Positions 21,206 to 30,209 of a stretch of DNA of 42,145 nucleotides are shown here, in pieces. The stretch covers positions 1-42,145 of IMG/VR virus record IMGVR_UViG_3300012952_000036; one strand, written 5' to 3'. The position numbers and the translations under genes were made by a program. The notes under the pieces were generated by a model. The model was not told the DNA's origin and searched no databases. It saw only the letters and a program-made list of their open reading frames with translations. Every line of letters starts with the position of its first letter. The first letter of the stretch is position 1. Source of the DNA: a virus. Taxonomy: Duplodnaviria > Caudoviricetes.

Positions 21206-23881
21206 ATGTCACACCAAGACGATGCAAATTTAAAAATAATAATCAGCAGAATCCAGCAGAGAAGAGGATTAAAGCAAGATTTACCTCAACCTCTTAGACC
21301 TGGAGAAATTGGTTTTGCTACAGATAGCAAACAGGTTTATATCGGTGCTGATACAGATGATTTAATTAGTTCAACATATAACAAAACTGTATCTTTCGAG
21401 AATACATTAGGTGCTTCTGCTACAACATTAAGTTTGGCAAATGCACAAATAATTAAATTTACTGTGCCTCACATTAGGTACCCTAAAGGTTCCGGATCGT
21501 TTGACGGCGTAACAAAAGCAAAATCTTGGAAAGCAAATACAACTTTAGTATCTTCTGCAAACTTAACATTAGCAAATGGAAGTTCTGTAGCAAGACAAGT
21601 ATTTGATAGTACAGTTTCAGGAAATAACTTCATTACACAAAACCAAACAACAAGAGTTTTTAATGCAGACGATATAACAGTTCTAGTTAATAACAAAGCA
21701 CAACATGGTGATTCAAGTGGTACAGGTGCTACAGTAAATACAGCATTTGACTATAACTTTGTTACAGGTAATTTAAGCACTAGTGACCATTCTTTATATT
21801 TAAGATTTGCACCAACAAATTCAGATGACGTTGCAATTACATATTATGGTAATTCACATGTTAATCACATTTTATCTAATACAACTATAGCAAGTGGTTC
21901 TAGTTTAACTGGCTTCCATGCTAACATGAGTATTCCATCTTATAGATATATAGATGACGACTTAGTATTAGTTAATCCAGAAGTTGGTACAGGTTTTATT
22001 GGATTAGAGAAAAAACATATCGATGTTGTCACAGAAGGTTCAGGTATTGCAAATGTAAGCAGTATTACAACAGGTAATATTATATTTGCTAAAGATCCAA
22101 AAGATCCATCTTTAACTACTGTAGACTCTGCAAATGCTAATAATACAATTTACAGTGGAATAGGTAATGTTACAAGTTCAGTAGATTTTGCAAACTCTGT
22201 AGTTACATTTGATACAGGTTCTGAAAACATTGTATTTACAGAACTAGCAAATGCTGATTCTGGATACAATGGTTATGTTTGGACAGAAGGTGGTTCAACA
22301 GACGGTTCAGTTACAGCATCTACTAATAGTTATTATCATAAAAAACTATTACCTATATCAGCAAATAGTGTGGCAAATACTTTTTCAGTTACGTTGCCTT
22401 CTAACAGTTGGTCAACAGGTAGAAATGTAACAGCGGCAGTTGATTCCAGTAATACTGTAACACTTACAGCGAATGTAGAAGGATTAAGAAACGGAGACAA
22501 TGTTACGTTTATAGGTAATACAACTCTAGTATCAGGTAGCCCTTATACAGTTGCAAGTGTAAACAGTGGTTCTGGAACATTTACTATTACTGAAGGAGCA
22601 CTTACAGGCGGTATAACAAGTGGATTAGATTTCGTTAATGTAGGACAGACAGGTACTGCAAATATTATTCAGATAGTAAGTGCAGAACATGGATACGTTT
22701 CAAATACAACAACAGGTATAATTGTTACAGGAAGTTCTAATACAACATTAATTAATAATGCAAACTTTACTTTAGCAGATACTAGTAATATAACAAACAA
22801 CACATTCTTTATACAGTCTAATGCGGCTGTAGATGCCAATGTAACAGGTAGTTTTAATCCAAACCTTACTAATCTTACAACAGCAGATGGTCTTACAATA
22901 AAGCCAGCATACTTGTTGAATACATCAGGTCAAACAACATTAAACGGAATAATGTCATTAGTAAATGGTAAAAACCAATGGTTCTCATTTAATTTGAAAC
23001 CAGATAAAAATGATGAAATATATGTTATTAGTGATGACCAAACACAATATAGATTATTTAATGACCCACAAGATACAGTTGACAGTTTGGGTGCATTAGG
23101 TTTAACTTCAGGTTCATATGCAACTAGAAGTGGTAATACAGTAAAAGCAAAATTAGAAGTTTGGTTAACAAAAGTTTTAAGCGATGAAAGAGTAAACATT
23201 GTTTCTGATGTGTTTATAAATGATAAATTTAGTGATAATGCAGATGTACAAAGTTTAGGCACATGGAAAATAGATGTCGATACTACAAATGGTGAGATAG
23301 ATTTTGCAAGTAGTGATGAAGCAGGACACTTTGCAGAAGTAGTAAACAAATTATACTTCAAAACAAACACTCCTGATAAAAGAGGTTTAGTTACAATTAA
23401 AACTAATATAGAAGTACTTACTACTCAAGCATTACAATCTGGAACAGCAGATACATTCTTTTCACAACCAAAACAATTAACAATTGGTACAGGTACAGGT
23501 ATTGCACTTACTGACTTAGGAACAGACTCTACTGCTATTGATACATTCTTTATAGATTATTCATTAGTAGGAACAGCATTAGACAGTGGTAATAGTTCTG
23601 TTACAAGATACTATAACCAAGTAGGTACATTAATTTACAATGCTAATCCGTTATCACAAACAGATGCCGGTGGCAATATAAATGGTTCAGTAACAATACA
23701 AGATGTTAGTTCGTCCTCACATGATTATCATGCAAATGGTAATGTTTACTATTCAGGTGCTGTTGAGTTTAATGGTTCAATGGCAAATGGTACAGTGAAT
23801 ATTACAGCAGACAATAATGTTAGTCCTCCTACAAGCAACGTAGTTATGAAATATGTTGTTCGTAAGTGGAAATCGCAATAG
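21206..23881 (+). CDS. Large virion structural protein (tail/baseplate-type) with Mtd_N-like N-terminus
   Basis: 891 aa; ISRIQQRRG..LP..LRPGEIGFATD..VYIG; Ser/Thr/Asn/Gly-rich body. Confidence 0.7.
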   Translation: MSHQDDANLKIIISRIQQRRGLKQDLPQPLRPGEIGFATDSKQVYIGADTDDLISSTYNKTVSFENTLGASATTLSLANAQIIKFTVPHIRYPKGSGSFDGVTKAKSWKANTTLVSSANLTLANGSSVARQVFDSTVSGNNFITQNQTTRVFNADDITVLVNNKAQHGDSSGTGATVNTAFDYNFVTGNLSTSDHSLYLRFAPTNSDDVAITYYGNSHVNHILSNTTIASGSSLTGFHANMSIPSYRYIDDDLVLVNPEVGTGFIGLEKKHIDVVTEGSGIANVSSITTGNIIFAKDPKDPSLTTVDSANANNTIYSGIGNVTSSVDFANSVVTFDTGSENIVFTELANADSGYNGYVWTEGGSTDGSVTASTNSYYHKKLLPISANSVANTFSVTLPSNSWSTGRNVTAAVDSSNTVTLTANVEGLRNGDNVTFIGNTTLVSGSPYTVASVNSGSGTFTITEGALTGGITSGLDFVNVGQTGTANIIQIVSAEHGYVSNTTTGIIVTGSSNTTLINNANFTLADTSNITNNTFFIQSNAAVDANVTGSFNPNLTNLTTADGLTIKPAYLLNTSGQTTLNGIMSLVNGKNQWFSFNLKPDKNDEIYVISDDQTQYRLFNDPQDTVDSLGALGLTSGSYATRSGNTVKAKLEVWLTKVLSDERVNIVSDVFINDKFSDNADVQSLGTWKIDVDTTNGEIDFASSDEAGHFAEVVNKLYFKTNTPDKRGLVTIKTNIEVLTTQALQSGTADTFFSQPKQLTIGTGTGIALTDLGTDSTAIDTFFIDYSLVGTALDSGNSSVTRYYNQVGTLIYNANPLSQTDAGGNINGSVTIQDVSSSSHDYHANGNVYYSGAVEFNGSMANGTVNITADNNVSPPTSNVVMKYVVRKWKSQ

Positions 23882-23890
23882 TAATTAACT

Positions 23891-24313
23891 ATGTTCGAAA
23901 AACACACAGACGTCGAAAGCCGTCTAGTACAGTTTAGACAAATTCGTAAAGACGCTCAGTCTGTAAAAGATGTACTTGAAGCATTTTCTACTGTAAAAAT
24001 TCACAGCCGTTATTTAGATTATTACACTCCAACAGAATGGATGAAACCGTTTGACATAATTGAAAATGGATATTTTTGCACAACTGGTATTTCTATTTTG
24101 ATGTACAACACATTATCGAATTTAAAGTTCATAGAACCATGTCGAACATCATGGAAAGTGATAAGTAATCATGTTACAGGAAAAGATGGAGCAATATTCA
24201 TTAATGATGGTTTTGCATATAATCTTATACCTGGGGAAAGAGTTTTATTTGAGCAGAACAATGATTATATTGTTCTACAGGATTTAAAAGATATCACAAT
24301 TCCTACAATATAA
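23891..24313 (+). CDS. Conserved phage hypothetical protein
   Basis: 140 aa; DYYTPTEW.KPFDII..GYFC. Confidence 0.7.
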   Translation: MFEKHTDVESRLVQFRQIRKDAQSVKDVLEAFSTVKIHSRYLDYYTPTEWMKPFDIIENGYFCTTGISILMYNTLSNLKFIEPCRTSWKVISNHVTGKDGAIFINDGFAYNLIPGERVLFEQNNDYIVLQDLKDITIPTI

Positions 24314-24316
24314 TCA

Positions 24317-24345
24317 TTGACAGCCTTTTTGTATGATGTTATAAT
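24317..24345 (+). promoter_or_regulatory. Sigma70-type promoter for nrdAB
   Basis: TTGACA-N17-TATAAT, perfect consensus. Confidence 0.85.
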
Positions 24346-24377
24346 AGGAATTCTACATACATTATACAGGATAGACA

Positions 24378-26687
24378 ATGCAGGTACAGAAAAGAGATGG
24401 TCGACTAGAAGACTTAAACATAGACAAATTACACAAAGTCGTAATGTATGCTGTCGACGGCATAACAGGCGTTAGTGCCAGTGAAGTAGAAATCAATTCA
24501 CAAATTCAATTTTTCGAAAAAATCAAAACAGAAGATATTCAAGAAACACTTATTAAGAGTGCGGCTGACCTTATTTCAGATGAAGGACCTAACTATCAGT
24601 ATGTAGCAGGTAGGTTAATTAATTATCATTTGCGTAAGGAAGTATATGGAACATTCGAGCCACCTTGCTTATGTGACATAATTCAAAAAAATGTAAATAT
24701 TGGTTTTTACGATTCAGAGTTTGTAGAACTGTACACTAAAGACCAAATAAATGAATTACAAAATTTTATAGACCATAGCAGAGATGAATATCTCACTTAT
24801 GCGGCTATGGAACAATTCCGTGGAAAATATCTTGTACAAAACAGAGCAACAGGTGAAATATTTGAAACACCACAAGTTGCATATATGATGATTGCGGCAA
24901 CATTGTTTGCAAAGTATCCTGAAGAAACAAGAATGGAATATGTAAAATCATACTACGATGCAATTAGTCAATTTAAAATTAGTTTACCTACTCCTGTAAT
25001 GGCAGGTGTTCGTACACCACAAAGGCAATTTAGCAGTTGTGTACTCATTGAAACAGATGATAGTTTAGATAGTATCAATGCAACAAGTAGTGCTATTGTA
25101 AAATATGTAAGTCAAAAAGCAGGTATTGGTATTGGTGCAGGTAGTATTAGAGCAATAGGTTCTAAAATTAGAAGCGGAGATGCAACTCACACAGGAGTCA
25201 TTCCTTTTTATAAATTATTCCAATCAGCAGTTAAATCTTGTAGTCAAGGTGGCGTAAGAGGTGGAGCGGCTACATTATACTATCCTATTTGGCATTTAGA
25301 AATAGAAGATATGTTAGTGTTAAAGAACAATAAAGGTACAGAAGATAATAGAGTACGTCATATGGATTATGGTGTACAGTTTAACAAATTAATGTATGAA
25401 AGATTAATCAGTGGTGGAAACATTACATTGTTCTCACCTAGTGATGTGCCTGGATTATACGACTCATTTTTTACAGACCAAGACAAGTTCCAAGAACTAT
25501 ATGAAGCGGCAGAACGTAAAACAAGTATTAGGAAAAAGTCTATTCCTGCTATTGAATTGTTTTCTGCGTTCGTACAAGAACGTAAAGACACAGGAAGAAT
25601 TTATTTAATGAATGTTGACCATGCTAATACACATGGTGCATTTATAGAAGATGTTGCACCAATTAAGCAAAGTAATCTATGTTGTGAAATTGATTTGCCA
25701 ACAAAACCTTTAACACATATTAATGATGAAGAAGGTGAAATTAGTTTATGTACGTTGAGTGCTGTGAATTGGGGAGCAATTAAAAAGACAGAAGAATTTG
25801 AAAAAGTTTGTGATTTGGCAGTAAGAGCATTGGATGAATTATTAGATTATCAAACATATCCTGTGTTGGCGGCAGAAATTAGCACAATGAAAAGACGCCC
25901 ATTAGGTGTAGGCATTATTAATTTTGCATATTGGTTAGCAAAAAATAACACTAACTACCAAGATCCTAATTTAGAATTAGTAGATGAATGGGCAGAAGCA
26001 TGGAGTTATTACTTAATTAAAGCAAGTGCCAATCTTGCATTAGAGAAAGGTGCTATACCAGGCAACATGGAAACAAAATATGGACATGGTATTACACCTA
26101 ACCAAACATACAAAAAAGACCTAGACGAACTTGTAAAACACAAAGAACGTTTAGATTGGAAAGGTTTGCGTACACAATTAAAAGAATCAGGCATAAGACA
26201 CAGCACATTGATGGCACTTATGCCAGCAGAAACATCTGCACAAATTAGTAACAGCACAAATGGTATAGAACCACCACGCAGTTACATCAGTATCAAACAA
26301 AGTAAGCATGGAGTTTTAAAACAAGTTGTTCCAGGCTATCCTAGATTGAAAAATAAATACGATTTACTTTGGGAACAAAAGTCTCCAGAGGGTTATCTTA
26401 AAATTATGGCAGTCCTACAAAAGTACATAGACCAGGGAATTTCGGTAAATACATCTTATAATCCACAACACTTCGAAGATGAAAAAGTCCCAATGAGTTT
26501 GTTGTTACAACATCTTATCATGTTTTACAAATATGGTGGTAAGCAGTTGTACTATAATAACACACATGACGGACAAGGCGAGATAGATATCGAAAAAGAA
26601 GAGGGAAGGAAAGTATTAGAAGTAAATATGGTTTCAACGGTAGATGAATATATAGATGAGGACGATTGCGATAGTTGTAAGATATAA
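24378..26687 (+). CDS. nrdA: Ribonucleotide reductase class Ia, alpha subunit
   Basis: N-terminal ATP cone (VQKRDG), QFSSCVLI, SNLCCEI, KQLYY, C-terminal CDSC. Confidence 0.97.
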   Translation: MQVQKRDGRLEDLNIDKLHKVVMYAVDGITGVSASEVEINSQIQFFEKIKTEDIQETLIKSAADLISDEGPNYQYVAGRLINYHLRKEVYGTFEPPCLCDIIQKNVNIGFYDSEFVELYTKDQINELQNFIDHSRDEYLTYAAMEQFRGKYLVQNRATGEIFETPQVAYMMIAATLFAKYPEETRMEYVKSYYDAISQFKISLPTPVMAGVRTPQRQFSSCVLIETDDSLDSINATSSAIVKYVSQKAGIGIGAGSIRAIGSKIRSGDATHTGVIPFYKLFQSAVKSCSQGGVRGGAATLYYPIWHLEIEDMLVLKNNKGTEDNRVRHMDYGVQFNKLMYERLISGGNITLFSPSDVPGLYDSFFTDQDKFQELYEAAERKTSIRKKSIPAIELFSAFVQERKDTGRIYLMNVDHANTHGAFIEDVAPIKQSNLCCEIDLPTKPLTHINDEEGEISLCTLSAVNWGAIKKTEEFEKVCDLAVRALDELLDYQTYPVLAAEISTMKRRPLGVGIINFAYWLAKNNTNYQDPNLELVDEWAEAWSYYLIKASANLALEKGAIPGNMETKYGHGITPNQTYKKDLDELVKHKERLDWKGLRTQLKESGIRHSTLMALMPAETSAQISNSTNGIEPPRSYISIKQSKHGVLKQVVPGYPRLKNKYDLLWEQKSPEGYLKIMAVLQKYIDQGISVNTSYNPQHFEDEKVPMSLLLQHLIMFYKYGGKQLYYNNTHDGQGEIDIEKEEGRKVLEVNMVSTVDEYIDEDDCDSCKI

Positions 26688-27784
26688 TGACAGTATTTAA
26701 TGCAAAAAATAAAAAACACCATACAAAAGCAAAAATGTTTATGGACCCTAATGGCGGGGTTAATGTTCAACGATTTGATGTTGTTAAATACAAGCAGTTT
26801 GAAAAACTAACTGAAAAGCAACTTGGTTTCTTTTGGAGACCAGAAGAAGTTGATATTCTTAAAGACGCAAAAGACTTCAAAGACCTTACAGATTTTGAAA
26901 AACATATTTTTACAAGTAATTTAAAAAGACAAATATTATTAGATAGTGTACAAGGTCGTTCACCTAATCTAGCATTACTGCCTGTGGTAAGTGTTCCAGA
27001 ACTAGAAACTTGGATTGAAACCTGGGCATTCAGTGAAACTATTCACAGCAGAAGTTATACACATATTATCAGAAACGTATATCCAGATCCAAGTAAAGTG
27101 TTTGATGAAATGTTAAACATCAAAGAAATAACAGATTGTTCAGATGCTATTACAGAAAACTATGATAAACTTATAGAACAAAACTATGCTAGAGAACGTG
27201 GTTTGCAAAGTTATGATGAATACGAACATAAAAAAGCATTGTATAGATGTATTATGAGTGTAAACATTTTAGAAGGTGTACGTTTTTATGTATCATTTGC
27301 ATGTAGTTGGGCATTTGCTGAATTAAAGAAAATGGAAGGAAATGCTAAAATAATTAAATTTATTGCTAGAGATGAAAATGTGCATTTGGCAAGTACACAA
27401 CAAATGCTAAAGATTTTACCACAAGATGATAAAGATTATGAAAAGATTGCAAAAGAACTTAGAGAAGAATGTACTCAAATGTTTTTAGATGCAGTTGAAC
27501 AAGAAAAACAATGGGCAGACTATTTGTTCAAAGACGGAAGTATTATTGGACTAAATGCAGAACTGCTAAAACAATATATTGAATTTATTGCAGGAAAACG
27601 TATGTATGCTGTAAAATTAGATTCACCCTTTAATACAGGTACAAATCCTTTACCTTGGACACAAAAGTGGATAAGTGGGGGAGAAGTACAAGTAGCACCT
27701 CAAGAAACAGAAATCAGTAGTTACGTTATTGGTGGCACAAAACAAGACGTAGACAAGGATTCCTTTAAAGGATTTAGTCTTTAA
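26687..27784 (+). CDS. nrdB: Ribonucleotide reductase class Ia, beta subunit
   Basis: FFWRPEEV, LDSVQ, ETIHSRSY, EGVRFYVSF, RDENVH, QVAPQETEISSY. Confidence 0.97.
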   Translation: MTVFNAKNKKHHTKAKMFMDPNGGVNVQRFDVVKYKQFEKLTEKQLGFFWRPEEVDILKDAKDFKDLTDFEKHIFTSNLKRQILLDSVQGRSPNLALLPVVSVPELETWIETWAFSETIHSRSYTHIIRNVYPDPSKVFDEMLNIKEITDCSDAITENYDKLIEQNYARERGLQSYDEYEHKKALYRCIMSVNILEGVRFYVSFACSWAFAELKKMEGNAKIIKFIARDENVHLASTQQMLKILPQDDKDYEKIAKELREECTQMFLDAVEQEKQWADYLFKDGSIIGLNAELLKQYIEFIAGKRMYAVKLDSPFNTGTNPLPWTQKWISGGEVQVAPQETEISSYVIGGTKQDVDKDSFKGFSL

Positions 27785-27792
27785 GATAAATA
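27785..27792 (+). promoter_or_regulatory. Late promoter box (GATAAATA) upstream of the riboswitch
   Basis: Directly after the nrdB stop. Confidence 0.5.
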
Positions 27793-27858
27793 AAAGTGTA
27801 TAGTTTTTATACATTTTAAATTATACACCATAAGACATGGTTTAAAAGTCTATTTACA

Positions 27859-27982
27859 ATCGTTCATTCACTCTAAATGTAGCAGTGAACGGAAGTAGGT
27901 AACCTGAAAACCTCTATCTGAAAAGATAGGCAAGCAAGTACCCATCCTGGGGAACGAGACCGACAGTAACCGAAGGAACGCA
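27859..27982 (+). ncRNA. Glutamine riboswitch (glnA RNA motif) with enlarged P3
   Basis: P1 CGTTC 27861-27865/GAACG 27976-27980; P2 TTCACT/AGTGAA; conserved CGGAAGTAGG and CCGAAGGAACGC segments; upstream of a GGAGG RBS. Confidence 0.8.
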
Positions 27983-28010
27983 TCTAACTTAATTAATTGA
28001 GGAGGATGAT

Positions 28011-28175
28011 ATGAACTTTTACAGAGGTATCAAGTACAATCCCGCTGATATTAAACCCGAACAGGCAACTGCAAAGGGCGGTATCTACCGAGGAACAAAA
28101 CATGATCCTATTAAAGCACAAAAGTCCATTAAAGCATCTAGCGGCACATACCGCGGTGTTAAATGGGTTGCGTAA
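28011..28175 (+). CDS. DUF4278-like small protein with three YRG repeats
   Basis: GAGGAGG RBS; MNFYRGIKYNPADIKPEQATAKGGIYRGTKHDPIKAQKSIKASSGTYRGVKWVA (54 aa, below the ORF-track cutoff). Confidence 0.85.
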   Translation: MNFYRGIKYNPADIKPEQATAKGGIYRGTKHDPIKAQKSIKASSGTYRGVKWVA

Positions 28176-28200
28176 TAGGTCTGTCTTATAGACAAACGGA

Positions 28201-28228
28201 AAAGGGTCGGCAACGGCCCTTTTCTTTT
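28201..28228 (+). terminator. Rho-independent terminator
   Basis: AAAGGGTCG-GCAA-CGGCCCTTT followed by a T-rich tail. Confidence 0.85.
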
Positions 28229-28237
28229 GAGTAAATA

Positions 28238-28245
28238 GATAAATA
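28238..28245 (+). promoter_or_regulatory. Late promoter box (GATAAATA)
   Basis: Just after the terminator, upstream of ATG 28275. Confidence 0.6.
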
Positions 28246-28274
28246 CATAGTAAATATTTTATGGAAACAATATT

Positions 28275-28763
28275 ATGGAAATGAGAGAACTAATAGACTT
28301 AATTGAAGAACAGCAAATGATTGCTGAACTTCTAGCAGAAAAAAAATTAGGTAAACTAGGTAAAGCAATGGCTACACTAGGAGCAATCGGAAGTTTAGCA
28401 ACAGCATCACCAGGCGTTGCAGGACAAGAAGTTGCATACGATTCACCTGTTGATAACCAAAATTCAACTAGTAGTGCTGTAAAAGTTGCAGACGGTCCAG
28501 GTGAAGTTGCACCATACGAACCTACAGCAGATGATAGTGGTCCAAAAGAAGTTGCTGATGACGATGTTAAAAAGAATGCTAAGGGAGTTCTTGTTAAAGG
28601 AGATGGTAGTGCATTAGATTATGATACTTGGGAATCTAGAGTTGCAAGAGCCGATGGCATGAGTTTAGAAACAACTCCACTTAACAAGATGAAACAAGCA
28701 TACCTAAGTTATGTTAGGTCAGTACAGCAACCTGGCTCTATACCAGGGTTCAACCCTGGCTAG
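28275..28763 (+). CDS. Hypothetical protein with acidic leader and internal signal-peptide-like segment
   Basis: 162 aa; MEMRELIDLIEE..LLAE then KKLGKLGKAMATLGAIGSLATASPGVAG. Confidence 0.75.
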   Translation: MEMRELIDLIEEQQMIAELLAEKKLGKLGKAMATLGAIGSLATASPGVAGQEVAYDSPVDNQNSTSSAVKVADGPGEVAPYEPTADDSGPKEVADDDVKKNAKGVLVKGDGSALDYDTWESRVARADGMSLETTPLNKMKQAYLSYVRSVQQPGSIPGFNPG

Positions 28764-28773
28764 AATGTAAAAA

Positions 28774-29037
28774 ATGCCAGGTGTAACTAGAGTATTATCT
28801 GATAATGCAGTAGGAACTATTTTGGGTCCTGGTGCTCCTACAGTTAAGACAGAAGGTCAATCCACTTCAGTTATAAATGATAGTGTTTCCCCACATGGTG
28901 ATCCACCACACGTTTCAGCAACAATAGTATCAGCGAGTAGTACAGTCTTTGCTGAAGGCAAACCAGTTACTAGAAAAGGGGATAGTGCCAGTTGTGGTCA
29001 TTCTGCTACAGGATCTGGTACCGTATTCTCCGGCTAA
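28774..29037 (+). CDS. PAAR-domain tail spike tip protein (T4 gp5.4-like)
   Basis: 87 aa; PHGDPPH, SSTVFAEGKPVTRKGDSASCGH..TGSGTVF. Confidence 0.92.
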   Translation: MPGVTRVLSDNAVGTILGPGAPTVKTEGQSTSVINDSVSPHGDPPHVSATIVSASSTVFAEGKPVTRKGDSASCGHSATGSGTVFSG

Positions 29038-29052
29038 TCATGTACAAGCATA

Positions 29053-29060
29053 TATAAATA
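29053..29060 (+). promoter_or_regulatory. Late promoter box (TATAAATA)
   Basis: 6 nt before ATG 29067. Confidence 0.7.
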
Positions 29061-29066
29061 TGCTGT

Positions 29067-30209
29067 ATGCTAATAATTCAATTCCTTGATACAATCGACA
29101 CATCGACATTACCTGTCGAAATAATACAATCTTTTAAACATAACACATACCTTATAGATTGTGAATTAAGAGAATACGAAAGAATAAACAATATCACAAG
29201 CAATTATCCGGTACTAAGTATGCAATCTAATGAAGATTGTGGCTATATTGACGTCTATGAACGTCATACAACGTCATATACGACAGTTACAGCAGAAGAT
29301 ACACTTGCGCCACTCATAGAAAAACTAGACCTTTTAGAGGCCCTTAAACCACAAATTTTGTGTATAAGTTGGCAAATGGACCGTAATTATATCGTAGATT
29401 ATAGGATTCAAAAACTTATAGAAGCAGGAAATATGGTAGTTTGTGCAGGTGGTAACCAAGATTTACCTGTAATAGATATTACTCCAATAGCAGTAGATGG
29501 AGTTATTAAAGTGGGCGGAAATCTGCATAATGGTCATTATCAAAACTGGATAGATTTATATGATGTGACAATTCCTACACAACCAGACAGTAATAAAGCA
29601 GTACATGAAGTATGTGAATTGATGACAAATAAAACATTAGAATTAGATTTTAAATTAGGTTTTTATAGTGAAAGCCATGTTCGTAGTGCTCCTTGGCCTC
29701 TAAGACTCGCACAAACGCCGTCTAACAAAACAAAATATTATGAATTTATGCCTGTATCCAATTTAAGATACATTGCAGGAGAACACTTATTACCCAGTCG
29801 ACCTGATGACCAAGTTAGCATTTTATCAGGCAGTATTCCATTAAGTAGTTTTGTAGAACCTAGATTTATAGATTTAGAAGATAGTTTGCCTAGAGGAATA
29901 ACATTTGATCCTAGTGTAGGTTGGTTATATGGAACATTCAAATATAAAGAAGATATGTTTCACAGAATATTAGCAGACATAAACGGGCAACTGTTTGAAT
30001 ACCATATTATAAGTTGCGATGCAGATAATAAACCTTCTTATGAAGAATGTAAAAAGAAATATTTTAATAGAGAATATGATATGCCTCCCTTTGACATAAG
30101 AGAATATTGGGTACCAATGAGTAGACCTGTTAAATTACTTGAACCAGGAGACCCATTTATTAGAACATATAACTTAAATGATTTACATTTATATAGGGGC
30201 ATGTCATGA
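29067..30209 (+). CDS. Degenerate subtilase-like protein with putative Ig-like (He_PIG-type) segment
   Basis: ILCISW, GNMVVCAGGNQ, TPIAVDGVIKVG; LPRGITFDPSVGWLYGT; no clear catalytic triad. Confidence 0.55.
   Translation: MLIIQFLDTIDTSTLPVEIIQSFKHNTYLIDCELREYERINNITSNYPVLSMQSNEDCGYIDVYERHTTSYTTVTAEDTLAPLIEKLDLLEALKPQILCISWQMDRNYIVDYRIQKLIEAGNMVVCAGGNQDLPVIDITPIAVDGVIKVGGNLHNGHYQNWIDLYDVTIPTQPDSNKAVHEVCELMTNKTLELDFKLGFYSESHVRSAPWPLRLAQTPSNKTKYYEFMPVSNLRYIAGEHLLPSRPDDQVSILSGSIPLSSFVEPRFIDLEDSLPRGITFDPSVGWLYGTFKYKEDMFHRILADINGQLFEYHIISCDADNKPSYEECKKKYFNREYDMPPFDIREYWVPMSRPVKLLEPGDPFIRTYNLNDLHLYRGMS

Noticed and set aside
13680-25608. Alternate-frame + strand ORFs 13680-13913 and 25411-25608
   Set aside because: They are nested within longer genes, including nrdA, and have no RBS or motifs
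24378-27784. Introns or inteins in nrdA/nrdB
   Set aside because: Both ORFs are continuous and of normal class Ia length, with no splice motifs or homing endonuclease
27898-27971. c-di-GMP-I aptamer nested in the riboswitch P3
   Set aside because: Only a GAAA-capped hairpin and a loose GCAA resemble it; the conserved tetraloop receptor and junction residues are not evident
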